DNA of 21,341 bases from Terrimicrobiaceae bacterium (GTDB lineage: Bacteria > Verrucomicrobiota > Verrucomicrobiia > Chthoniobacterales > Terrimicrobiaceae). The notes under the pieces are model-generated. The model was not told where the DNA came from and searched no databases. It was given only the letters and a program-made list of their open reading frames with translations. Position 1 is the stretch's first letter. Each line of letters begins with the position of its first letter. Shown piece by piece: positions 8,606 through 17,055 of the stretch. Location of the stretch: NCBI GenBank assembly GCA_041752695.1, contig JBGSVZ010000021.1, positions 1-21,341 of the forward strand. The letters are read 5' to 3'. The position numbers were made by a program, and so were the translations under genes.

Positions 8606-9639
8606 AAATAGCCCAGAAAGGCCGCAAACTCCGAGATGTCGGATTGGATTTCCGCATCCTCGGCCGGCTCAAGACCGTTGGCACGCATGTCGGCAATCAA
8701 TGATTCGCTGCCCCATTTCCAGTCCGACTTGGCAAAAAAGGCCGCGAGATCCGGCTCGCGCACGCGGCCACGCCGGAGGGCCGGGCTGCGGGTGAACTTC
8801 TGGTCGTTCCCGCCGCGCACCGGCCAGGGGCCGGGACAGGCAAACGGGGAATTTTCGGGGTGCATCATGGCCTCAATGGCCTCCGAGTCGGTCCGCAATC
8901 CCATCCATTCCGCGATCTGGGGGAGATACACCTCCGGTTCGGAAAGAACGTCTTCTCCCTTGATGCGCATCCACTGTCCGGCCGGGAGCGAATCGAGAAA
9001 GCGCACGATGCGCTTGTGGACGTTATACCACATCAACATGGCATCAAATTCCCGCCGCCCCGAAGGAGTGCTCGAGCCGCCGCGGATCCGCTCGCGAAAT
9101 TCCTCGATGGAACTGCGGGCGGCCACGGGATGCCGGGTCAGGTGCAAGAAATAGGCCCCGGGAAACCAGGAGAGCGTGCGCTCGAGATGCTCCATACTGC
9201 TCGCAGTGGCCGGGCTTTTTTCCACGCCCATCTTGGGGTTCACCCATTCGAGGAGGTGATCGAACATTTTTTTGCACGGCCAGTGTTTCCGCTCGCGAAA
9301 CCACGCAATGGCCATGGTAATGGTTCGCTGGTTCTGCCCGCCGTAGAGTTCCTGGGCAATCAGCCGGATGAGTCCGGGAGGGCCGGGACAACCACGGCGC
9401 GCCTCCCAGTGCAGCACGTCCTCCACGGCATCGCTCGTGCAGATGTGAAGTTCGGGAAACCCATACAGCTGAGGGTGCTCACCGATCATGGTGGAGACGA
9501 CCGAAGAAAACGAACGCGGCGGCGAAAGGATGACCAGCGGATCCGGCGGCAGCGGCTTTTCAAAGCGGATGCCCGCGGCAGTTTCCTCGCGCCGCGACGG
9601 AGCCGGGCTCGCTGCAATGGGAGAAGCTTCGGTGGTCAT
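8602..9639 (-). CDS. PAPS-dependent sulfotransferase (Sulfotransfer_3-like)
   Basis: 5'-PSB loop ILSPPRSFSSVVSTMIGEHP, FPELH, VEKSP, 3'-PB FLHLTRHP...SS, RIKGEDVLSEP. Its start overlaps the upstream stop (ATGA). Confidence 0.9.
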   Translation of the reverse strand: MTTEASPIAASPAPSRREETAAGIRFEKPLPPDPLVILSPPRSFSSVVSTMIGEHPQLYGFPELHICTSDAVEDVLHWEARRGCPGPPGLIRLIAQELYGGQNQRTITMAIAWFRERKHWPCKKMFDHLLEWVNPKMGVEKSPATASSMEHLERTLSWFPGAYFLHLTRHPVAARSSIEEFRERIRGGSSTPSGRREFDAMLMWYNVHKRIVRFLDSLPAGQWMRIKGEDVLSEPEVYLPQIAEWMGLRTDSEAIEAMMHPENSPFACPGPWPVRGGNDQKFTRSPALRRGRVREPDLAAFFAKSDWKWGSESLIADMRANGLEPAEDAEIQSDISEFAAFLGYF

Positions 9640-10619
9640 TGGTAGCCCAGAAGGTGGGTCACGGTGCGAACGTCCTCCAGCATGGCCTCGTCGGTCACGC
9701 CCAGCTCCGCGGCGGGATTTCCGCCATGCCGGGTCTGGAACTCCCGGCTGGCATAATTCCAGTCCCTGCCACGCAAATACGCTTCGAGGGAAGGCTCGCG
9801 CACGCGGCCGGCCCGGAGCCGGGGATTGCTCATGAATTTTGGGTCATTGCCACCAACGATCGGGCGGGGCCCGGCATAGGCGTAAAGGGATTCTTCAGGG
9901 TGTTTCATGCACGCGATCGCTTCCGCGTCGGTGCGCAAGCCCATCCACTCGGCAATCTGCGCCAGATAACGGTCGGGCTCGGAGAGGACGTCCTCGCCCT
10001 TCACTCGCATCGTTTTTCCCGCCGGAAGACTGTTGGTGAAGCGCAGGATGGACGAATGCATGTGATGCCACAAAATCAGACGGCTGAAGGCCTCGCGCAG
10101 GGATAACTTTTTGGAGGCAAGAATATCTGATCCGTAACGCCGTGCGCGCTCCATTTTGTTGTCGAAAAACTCCTCCATGGATTTAAGCGCCGAGACCGGG
10201 TGCCGGGTAAGGTGGAGAAAATAGGCGTCCGGGTATTCGCGGGCGGCTCGTTCCATGAAGCCAAACCGACCCGACGTAGCGGGGGATTTTTCCACGCCCA
10301 TCTTCGGGGCGACAAGGTCGATGGCAAAATCCAACATCTGCTTGGTCGTCCAAGAACGGCGCTCGCGAATCCAGTCGATCGCCTGGATGGCCGTTTGCGC
10401 ATTTTGCACCCCGAAAACTTCTTGCGCAATGAATCGGCCCAACCCGGCAGGCACGGACTTCCCCTGCTTCTCTAGACTCGACATCACCTCGTCCATCGAC
10501 TCGTTCGAAAAAAGATGAAGCTCGGGGAACCCGTAAAGCTCCGGGTGCTGGCCGATCATAGTCGCCACCACGGAAGAAAAGGAGCGCGGCGGGCAAAGGA
10601 CAATTAACAAGCTCGCCAT
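9636..10619 (-). CDS. PAPS-dependent sulfotransferase (tandem paralog of 8602..9639)
   Basis: Motifs VLCPPRSFSSVVATMIGQHP, FPELH, VEKSP, FLHLTRHPVS..KS, RVKGEDVLSEP and GGNDPKF. Confidence 0.9.
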   Translation of the reverse strand: MASLLIVLCPPRSFSSVVATMIGQHPELYGFPELHLFSNESMDEVMSSLEKQGKSVPAGLGRFIAQEVFGVQNAQTAIQAIDWIRERRSWTTKQMLDFAIDLVAPKMGVEKSPATSGRFGFMERAAREYPDAYFLHLTRHPVSALKSMEEFFDNKMERARRYGSDILASKKLSLREAFSRLILWHHMHSSILRFTNSLPAGKTMRVKGEDVLSEPDRYLAQIAEWMGLRTDAEAIACMKHPEESLYAYAGPRPIVGGNDPKFMSNPRLRAGRVREPSLEAYLRGRDWNYASREFQTRHGGNPAAELGVTDEAMLEDVRTVTHLLGYQ

Positions 10620-10622
10620 GCG

Positions 10623-11339
10623 TCAACCGGGAACCGAGCTGTCCGTCTTGACCGCGCGCAAATACGCACTGATCACATCGAGCTCCTGGTCGTTCATCTC
10701 TTCCAGTTGCCCAAGGACTTTGCGACGGTAGAGAGCCTGCTCGTACACCTTTTCCACTTCTTCTCGAGGAGTGGTGCTCAGGTCCACATTATCCGGAGAG
10801 ACGCTCATCCAGATTCGCGAATGTTCGAGAAAATCCACCGTCAGGAGGTCGAAAAACATCTGGCGACGTTCTTGCTCGGGCATGCCTGCCACCGGGCCCG
10901 GTTCCTGGTCCGGGTTGAGCTGTCGCTCGCGCCGATTTTTGATCAGGGTCCGCCATTTCGCGAGGGCTTCCTCGGCGGTTTTCTCCCGGAGGTTCACCAG
11001 GTTCCGAACCTTCGCAATCCGGGGAAACTCGGTCTCCGCCGAAGGGCCGGCCGTGGCGGACAAGTCGTCGCTGCCGAGCAACGGAACCTCGGGGGGAAAC
11101 GAGTGGTCGGACTCCGGAGACTCGTCATCACCATCCATGGGCGGCAATAACGTCTCATCGACCTCCTCCTCCTCCCCGGAAAGCAAGGATTTGTAGGCCT
11201 TCGTGATCAGGGAAAGACGATCCTGTTCCCGCTCCTGCCGGGAAACAAAAATGGCCTGGCGGGGCGCTCCACGCCGCGCGCGGAGCTTGGCAAGCGCCGC
11301 CTGACGTTTGGCTTGGATCGGATCAATGTCTTCGCTCAT
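10623..11339 (-). CDS. Hypothetical protein (basic N-terminal helix, acidic disordered linker, helical C-terminus), first gene of the sulfotransferase unit
   Basis: Open frame ending 3 nt before the sulfotransferase ATG. The start is moved from 11561 to 11339 (MSEDIDPIQ) because the longer form overlaps the divergent gene and a promoter lies just upstream of 11339. Confidence 0.7.
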   Translation of the reverse strand: MSEDIDPIQAKRQAALAKLRARRGAPRQAIFVSRQEREQDRLSLITKAYKSLLSGEEEEVDETLLPPMDGDDESPESDHSFPPEVPLLGSDDLSATAGPSAETEFPRIAKVRNLVNLREKTAEEALAKWRTLIKNRRERQLNPDQEPGPVAGMPEQERRQMFFDLLTVDFLEHSRIWMSVSPDNVDLSTTPREEVEKVYEQALYRRKVLGQLEEMNDQELDVISAYLRAVKTDSSVPG

Positions 11340-11355
11340 GCGGGATGGTGGGGCG

Positions 11356-11383
11356 ACTCTAGCGGCTAGGTCGGGTGAGTCAA
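11356..11383 (-). promoter_or_regulatory. Putative sigma70 promoter for the hypothetical-ST-ST operon
   Basis: Minus strand reads TTGACT-16 nt-TAGAGT. This predicts a TSS about 10 nt before ATG 11339. Confidence 0.5.
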
Positions 11384-11420
11384 GCGGACCGGACACGGCG
11401 CGAGGTTTGCACGGAGGCAC

Positions 11421-11449
11421 TTGATGCCGCCCGCCATTCTTACTATGCT
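11421..11449 (+). promoter_or_regulatory. Putative sigma70 promoter (near-leaderless) for the third sulfotransferase
   Basis: TTGATG (11421-11426)-17 nt-TATGCT (11444-11449). The ATG at 11458 is 8 nt downstream and has no SD. Confidence 0.5.
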
Positions 11450-11457
11450 GTGCTTTC

Positions 11458-12402
11458 ATGTCCGACCAAGACTCTCCGGCAATCCTCACCTTGCCCGCGC
11501 ATCCTCCGCCCATCTTTATCCTGGCCTCCCAGCGCTCGTTTACTTCGGTGGTCTGCGCCATGCTGGGACAGCATCCGGAGGTTCACAGTGTCCCGGAAAT
11601 CAATCTCTTCTGCCGCGGCACGATGCGGGATTTCCTCCGTTATTCCGTCGGACGTTGGCAATACATGCTCCACGGCTTGTGGCGGTGCGTGGCCCAGCTT
11701 TATGCCGGTGAGCAAACCATGGAGAGTGTCGAGATGGCCCGCCGCTGGGTCCAGGCCCGGGTGGATCGCACAACGCAGGAGGTGTATGAGGAACTCTGCC
11801 TCAAATTAAACCCGCTCCACATCTGCGACAAAAGCCCCGCCTACGCCAAAAGCCCCCGCGCCATGGCCCGGATGGCAAAGGGCTTCCCGAATGCCCGCTA
11901 CATCTACATGACCCGGCATCCCCGGGAGCAGGGGAAATCCGTCCTCAGCGCCCCGCAGGCTCTGGGAACATTGATGGCCTCGGACTCGGTTGATTACGAT
12001 GTCGATCCCCCGGCCCTCGACCCCCAGTTTGTCTGGTACGAAACGCAGGTCATGATCCTGAATTTTTTGAGCGGCATTCCGCCCGAACGCCAGTTCCGCA
12101 TCCGCGGCGAACTCCTGCTGGCCGAACCCCGTCAACAGCTTGAAGAGATCTGCAGTTGGCTGGGCCTCGCCTGGAGTCAGGAAATCTACGACGCGATGTG
12201 CCGGACCGAGGAGGGCGTTTATGCCCGGATGGGACCCTTCGGCTGCATGTGGGGCAACAATCCCGGTTTCCAGAAGTCACCCGCCTTCCGACCGTCCAAA
12301 GAAAAACCCAGCACGCTGGAAGGTCCGCTGCCGTGGCGAAAGGACAACCACCCGTTCCATCCCGCCGTGGCGGAAATGGCGCGCGAACTCGGCTACCGCT
12401 GA
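11458..12402 (+). CDS. PAPS-dependent sulfotransferase (third, more divergent paralog)
   Basis: Motifs FILASQRSFTSVVCAMLGQHP, VPEINLF, CDKSP, YIYMTRHP..Q.KS, RIRGELLLAEP, WGNNPGF and ARELGY. Confidence 0.9.
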   Translation: MSDQDSPAILTLPAHPPPIFILASQRSFTSVVCAMLGQHPEVHSVPEINLFCRGTMRDFLRYSVGRWQYMLHGLWRCVAQLYAGEQTMESVEMARRWVQARVDRTTQEVYEELCLKLNPLHICDKSPAYAKSPRAMARMAKGFPNARYIYMTRHPREQGKSVLSAPQALGTLMASDSVDYDVDPPALDPQFVWYETQVMILNFLSGIPPERQFRIRGELLLAEPRQQLEEICSWLGLAWSQEIYDAMCRTEEGVYARMGPFGCMWGNNPGFQKSPAFRPSKEKPSTLEGPLPWRKDNHPFHPAVAEMARELGYR

Positions 12403-12427
12403 GCCACCGGCGGGAGAGCCGGATCGA

Positions 12428-14914
12428 TCAAGGGAGCCACGACCACATCTCCACGAGGAAAAACCGCAGGAACGGTCGCGCGAGAAGGAGCCCGAGGGGC
12501 TGGACCCCGGCATTAATCTTTGCATAGCCGGTCATTCCCGCCTTCAACTCGACCGGGGAATTTTCCGGCTTGATCACCACCCGAAAGAGCCGGGTGATGG
12601 AGAGCTCGCTTTCCTGCGCGCCAGGCAGGGCGGCGGGCTGGATCGATGTCACCGAACCGGTGAAAGGCGAATTCGGAAAGGCAAAGAGCTTTACCGTCGC
12701 CACCGCGTCCTTGCGAACCCCTTCCAGGTCATACTCGGGCAATTGGACTTCCACCTGGGGGTCACTGTTGTTCTGCGCGGTCGCGAAAACCTGCCCGACC
12801 GAGAGATAGGCACCCACTTTGAAATGCAGCTGGGAATCCACCAGATACCCATCGAAGGGCATCAGCAGGGCGCTCTTGGCATCCTCCCCCTTCGCATACT
12901 GGATCTGCTGGTCCACCCGGGCCACTTCCGCCTGCGCAGACTCCACCGAATGCCGCGCGGAATCCAGATCCTCGGGGCGCGCTCCGGATTTCAGAAGATT
13001 GAGGTGAGCCATGGCCTCATCTCGGGCTTTGGTCAGGGATGCCACATTTTTCGAAGCCCTCTCCACATTGATCCGGTCAATCTGCGCCAGTTTCTTGGCT
13101 TCCTCGAATTGCAGATACGCCATGGAACCCGATTTGTACAATTTCTCCATCCGCGGCAGAGCCATCGTGCTGTAGGCGGCACTGACCCTGGCCGACTCCA
13201 GTTCCTGCTGGGCACCGCTCATCTGTTCAACCGTCTGCTGCAATTTCGCCTCGGCCCCGGCGATTTCCTCTCCGCGTGCGCCGGATTGAAGTTTTGCCAG
13301 TTCCGACTTCGATTTTTGCAGGTCGGCTTCGAGCTGGGACTTGGTCTGGGTGAGGGTGAGGATCTGATTGTCGATTTCACTCGAGGTCATTTTCGCAATC
13401 ACCTCCCCCTTCGGAATCAACCTCCCGTCCCCTCCCTCGAAGAAGACTTTGGCAACTTTTCCTGACACCGGTGCCTGGATCTGCTGCTGGGTGGGCGGGA
13501 GCACCTGAATTTCCCCACCGGGCCGGAAGGGTGTCGGCACGCACATCAGCAGCCCGGCCACCACCGCGCCTGTGAGCAGTTTGTGCCGGCGGACAAATTC
13601 CATCACGGTAGGTTGGTCTTTCCGGACGGATGCCTCTTCTTCCAATTCGTCGTAGTCACGCATTTCGTCGCCCTCATCGGGATCCACCATCCCCCGCGGG
13701 TGGCGCACAATTCTGGTGAACCAAAACCCAAGCAAAATCAGAAATCCGAGCAAAAAGATCCCGTAGGTGGCCCGCCCGAAGATGACCGGAAAGGTGCCAC
13801 TGAACCCCGCCGCCATTTTCGTCGCCAAATGAAAAAGAATGAAAGGCAGTCCGATGATGAGGATCGCCCCGTAAATCATATACACCGTCCCCTGCCAGCC
13901 TCCCAGCACTCCCGGCAGCGGCTTTCGCTGAATGCGCGAGAAAAAGACCTTCGTCGCCAGGAACAACATCGTAGGCGGAAGGTTGAAATAGTTCACAATC
14001 CACCGGTAGCCGTCCGTAATGTCGACCGGAATGAACTGAATGAGAAGGCCAATCAACCCCGCCTGCGCCATCACCACCCCCACCTGGGGAAGCAGCGAAG
14101 GGTTGTCCATGTTGAGCGCCCACACCAGACCGCCCCCAGCGATGAAAAATAGTCGAATGAGAATCGATGTCCCAAAGATCCAAAGTTTGGAATGGCGGTC
14201 AAGCGTGCGAACCTTGGTTTTGTCAATATACAGCCGGGGAAATATCAGCCGCCGTAGCTTGATTCCGGCCGCCTCCGGCGGAATGCGGTAGTAGGCCATC
14301 ACCACGCCCTGGACGAGGCAACGAATCAGATTGGCTGTCAGCATCCCAAAAAGTATGCCCCCGAAATATCCCAAAGCCATTGACATCGAGCGGACTTCCA
14401 CGCGGAAGAGATCGAGGTGGCGAAAGATCACAAAAGCGACCGCGGGAATGACCACCCACAGCGACCAGACCAAGACGAGTACGAGCGGCCGCAGGGGACC
14501 AAAAATTTTGAGCAGCACCTCAAAAAAGCCCGCCGGGTTCCCCACCTCCCATTTCGGCGTGGGAGAGGACTTGGCGGGCTTCGGTTTCGCGGAACCCCCT
14601 GTCGCCGGCACGGAAGCCGACGGCTCCGCAATGCCCATCGACATCAGATGGTTCTGAAAATCCTGAAAATGCTCCGCCGACATATCCACTCCGAAGCGGC
14701 GGCTGAAACGGCTGAGCACATCCCCAGGCTGCGAAACCCCGTCCAGAGCCTGGCAGAGGAAATATTCTTCCTCCCCAAACGAGAAAACCTCGCCCGTGTT
14801 CTTGTCCTCGATCTGGTAGACTCGGGTTTCCGGAGAAGACCCCGGCCCCTCTTTGATCATGACCTCTTCACGAAGGCGGGCGACCGGCTTCTCGACGCCG
14901 CGTTGAGAAATCAT
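12428..14914 (-). CDS. HlyD-family membrane-fusion protein fused to N-terminal PqqD-like and M50-peptidase-like multi-TM domains
   Basis: N-terminal RLREEV...YQIEDKNTGEVFSFGEEEYFLCQALDG, then about 7-8 hydrophobic segments including P.DITDGY. The C-terminal part has QIQAPVSGKVAKVFFEGG (lipoyl-like hybrid), a long coiled coil, LLMPFDG and LKAGMTGYAKI. ATG 14914 is preferred to 15004. Confidence 0.85.
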   Translation of the reverse strand: MISQRGVEKPVARLREEVMIKEGPGSSPETRVYQIEDKNTGEVFSFGEEEYFLCQALDGVSQPGDVLSRFSRRFGVDMSAEHFQDFQNHLMSMGIAEPSASVPATGGSAKPKPAKSSPTPKWEVGNPAGFFEVLLKIFGPLRPLVLVLVWSLWVVIPAVAFVIFRHLDLFRVEVRSMSMALGYFGGILFGMLTANLIRCLVQGVVMAYYRIPPEAAGIKLRRLIFPRLYIDKTKVRTLDRHSKLWIFGTSILIRLFFIAGGGLVWALNMDNPSLLPQVGVVMAQAGLIGLLIQFIPVDITDGYRWIVNYFNLPPTMLFLATKVFFSRIQRKPLPGVLGGWQGTVYMIYGAILIIGLPFILFHLATKMAAGFSGTFPVIFGRATYGIFLLGFLILLGFWFTRIVRHPRGMVDPDEGDEMRDYDELEEEASVRKDQPTVMEFVRRHKLLTGAVVAGLLMCVPTPFRPGGEIQVLPPTQQQIQAPVSGKVAKVFFEGGDGRLIPKGEVIAKMTSSEIDNQILTLTQTKSQLEADLQKSKSELAKLQSGARGEEIAGAEAKLQQTVEQMSGAQQELESARVSAAYSTMALPRMEKLYKSGSMAYLQFEEAKKLAQIDRINVERASKNVASLTKARDEAMAHLNLLKSGARPEDLDSARHSVESAQAEVARVDQQIQYAKGEDAKSALLMPFDGYLVDSQLHFKVGAYLSVGQVFATAQNNSDPQVEVQLPEYDLEGVRKDAVATVKLFAFPNSPFTGSVTSIQPAALPGAQESELSITRLFRVVIKPENSPVELKAGMTGYAKINAGVQPLGLLLARPFLRFFLVEMWSWLP

Positions 14915-14934
14915 CTTTTTGGACACGAGTCTCA

Positions 14935-14984
14935 AGTATTCATGCGCCACACCCACGATGCAATAGAGAACAACGTACTTGCAT
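14935..14984. promoter_or_regulatory. Divergent promoter region with back-to-back TTGCAT boxes
   Basis: ATGCAA (14958-14963)-15 nt-TTGCAT (14979-14984). The minus strand has TTGCAT-17 nt-AATACT ahead of ATG 14914. The plus-strand -10 is weak. Confidence 0.35.
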
Positions 14985-15015
14985 TTCCCTCCAGCGCTGG
15001 GCAAACAAACGGGTC

Positions 15016-16044
15016 ATGGCGACATTTCAACCCAAAATGACCCGCGTCGAAGCACCCTCGTCCATTCAAGGCAGGGTCAAAACCGCGCGTGACCTGGCGA
15101 AGCAGGGAAAAATCGAAGAGGCCGTGAGCCTGGTTGAGGAGGCCGTGAAGATGGATCCCAATTCCAAAATCGCCCACATGGTCCTCGGCTCCCTCAAAGC
15201 CCGCCAACTCCTTCCCGACGAAGCGATCCGCGAGTTTCGCGAGGTGCTGCGCATCGATCCCCTCAATGTGCAGGCCTATCTGCGCATGGCCCGCATCCAT
15301 CTGAAGAAAAAGGAACACAACCGTTGCCAGGAATGCGTGGAAAGTGCCCTCCGCATTGACGAGAAATCGCCCACCGTTCACTTCACAGCCGGACGTCTCG
15401 CCGTCGCCCAGAAAGATGCCGAGAGTGCCAAACTTCATCTGAACCAGGCCCTGGTCTACAACCCGCGGATGATCAATGCCCGCGTTCAGCTCGCCACCGT
15501 TCTCCGCGCCGAGGGTCACTACCCCGAAGCCCTGGCCCAACTCAACGCCGGCGTCCGCATCGAACCCGACAACTACAGCGTGCATGAGGCCCTCGGCTGG
15601 CTCCATCTCATTCGCAAAGAATTTGGCAGCGCCCGCGAAGCTTTCGAGAAGGCTGTTTCGCTCCGGCCAGAGAACGAATTTGCGGCCCGGATGGGCCTGG
15701 TGGAAGCCCTGATTGAGGACGGCGAAATCGACCGCGCTGAATCCGTCCTGCGGATGGGCTCCGGTAAAACCGAAGGACGCGCCGGCGTGCATAAACTCTG
15801 GGGCGACCTTTACCTTCGCCGGGGGCTCTATCCCGAAGCAGTCGAGGAATTTAAGGCCGCCAGGATGATTGCCGCCACCAACGACGAAGAAATCGAAAGC
15901 GACCCAACCCTCACCGTCGAGCCGCCCGAAGGCGACATCGCCGCTTGGAAAAAACTCGCCGCCGACCTCAAGGTCGTCACGGATGCGTACCGCGACAAAT
16001 CCCGGCTGCGCCTGGCCGCCAGCGAGGACGAAGCCGACGAATAG
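15016..16044 (+). CDS. Tetratricopeptide repeat protein
   Basis: About 8 tandem 34-aa helical repeats (e.g. EEAVSLVEEAVKMDPNSKIAHMVLG, DEAIREFREVLRIDPLNVQAYLRMA, AREAFEKAVSLRPEN). Acidic C-terminus, no signal peptide. Confidence 0.92.
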   Translation: MATFQPKMTRVEAPSSIQGRVKTARDLAKQGKIEEAVSLVEEAVKMDPNSKIAHMVLGSLKARQLLPDEAIREFREVLRIDPLNVQAYLRMARIHLKKKEHNRCQECVESALRIDEKSPTVHFTAGRLAVAQKDAESAKLHLNQALVYNPRMINARVQLATVLRAEGHYPEALAQLNAGVRIEPDNYSVHEALGWLHLIRKEFGSAREAFEKAVSLRPENEFAARMGLVEALIEDGEIDRAESVLRMGSGKTEGRAGVHKLWGDLYLRRGLYPEAVEEFKAARMIAATNDEEIESDPTLTVEPPEGDIAAWKKLAADLKVVTDAYRDKSRLRLAASEDEADE

Positions 16045-16116
16045 TCGGCATCCTGGCCTTCCTTACCAAAGCCCGGTGCCTCCGTTCCCGACGCGCCGGT
16101 TCGCAGCATAACGTAC

Positions 16117-17055
16117 ATGGTATCCCTGACGATTCCCATCTATAACGAGCGGGAGTCCATCGCGCCTCTCTTCGCCAAAATTCTTTCTGTCATGACCCGC
16201 CTGGGCAAACCCTGGGAGCTCATTTACGTGAACGACGGCAGTCTCGACGGCAGCGATGCCGTGCTCGACGATCTCGCAGCGAACCATCCCGAGGTGAAGG
16301 TGGTGCATTTTCGTCGCAATTTCGGTCAGACCGCGGCCATGATGGCCGGATTTGATTTTGCGGCCGGGTCCGTGATCATCCCCATGGATGGCGACGGTCA
16401 GAATGATCCCGAAGACATCCCCCGCATGCTGGCGAAGCTGGAAGAGGGTTTTGATGTGTGCTCCGGCTGGCGCAAAGACCGCCAGGACAATGCGCTCCAG
16501 CGCAACCTGCCCAGCATTCTGGCGAACAAGCTCATCTCCGCGGTCTCCGGCGTGCAATTGCACGATTTCGGGTGTTCCCTCAAAGCCTACAAGGCGGAGG
16601 TGATCAAAGGCGTCCGTCTTTACGGTGAGATGCACCGGTTCCTGCCCATCTACGCCAAATGGCACGGCGCGAAAATCACCGAGCTTCCCGTGGGCCATTT
16701 TGCCCGCACCGCCGGCTCGTCGAAATACGGTCTGGAACGCGTGCTGAAAGTCATCATGGATCTGATGACCGTAAAGTTCCTCGATAAATACATGCTCAAG
16801 CCGATGTACCTTTTCGGTTTTTGGGGCATGATCTTCTTTGCCGGGGCGTTCGTTTTCACCCTCTGGACGTTCTACATGCGGTATGTGGAGAACTACTTCT
16901 TCACCCAGACGCCCCTGCCCATGATGGCGGTCTTTTCCTTCATGACCGGCGTCATCTGCGTCCTCATGGGCCTCCTCGCAGAAATGACCACCCGCACCTT
17001 CCACGAGTCGCAAAACAAATCGATCTATCTGGTCCGCGAGACGCGGAATATATGA
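16117..17055 (+). CDS. Family 2 glycosyltransferase (polyprenol-phosphate glycosyltransferase, ArnC/GtrB/DPM-like)
   Basis: Motifs TIPIYNE, VNDGSLDGS, RRNFGQTAA, MDGDGQNDP, HDFGCSLKAY, GEMHRFLP and R.AG.SKY. Two C-terminal TM helices. Confidence 0.95.
   Translation: MVSLTIPIYNERESIAPLFAKILSVMTRLGKPWELIYVNDGSLDGSDAVLDDLAANHPEVKVVHFRRNFGQTAAMMAGFDFAAGSVIIPMDGDGQNDPEDIPRMLAKLEEGFDVCSGWRKDRQDNALQRNLPSILANKLISAVSGVQLHDFGCSLKAYKAEVIKGVRLYGEMHRFLPIYAKWHGAKITELPVGHFARTAGSSKYGLERVLKVIMDLMTVKFLDKYMLKPMYLFGFWGMIFFAGAFVFTLWTFYMRYVENYFFTQTPLPMMAVFSFMTGVICVLMGLLAEMTTRTFHESQNKSIYLVRETRNI

Noticed and set aside
8602..10619. Recent tandem DNA duplication of the two sulfotransferases
   Set aside because: Similarity is strong at protein level but synonymous positions differ widely, so this is an old paralogy rather than a DNA repeat.
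11340..11561. N-terminal extension of the 10623..11561 ORF
   Set aside because: It overlaps the divergent sulfotransferase and both predicted promoters. ATG 11339 is more plausible.
12140..13465. 441-aa plus-strand ORF
   Set aside because: It is antisense to the HlyD coiled-coil region and has no recognisable motifs.
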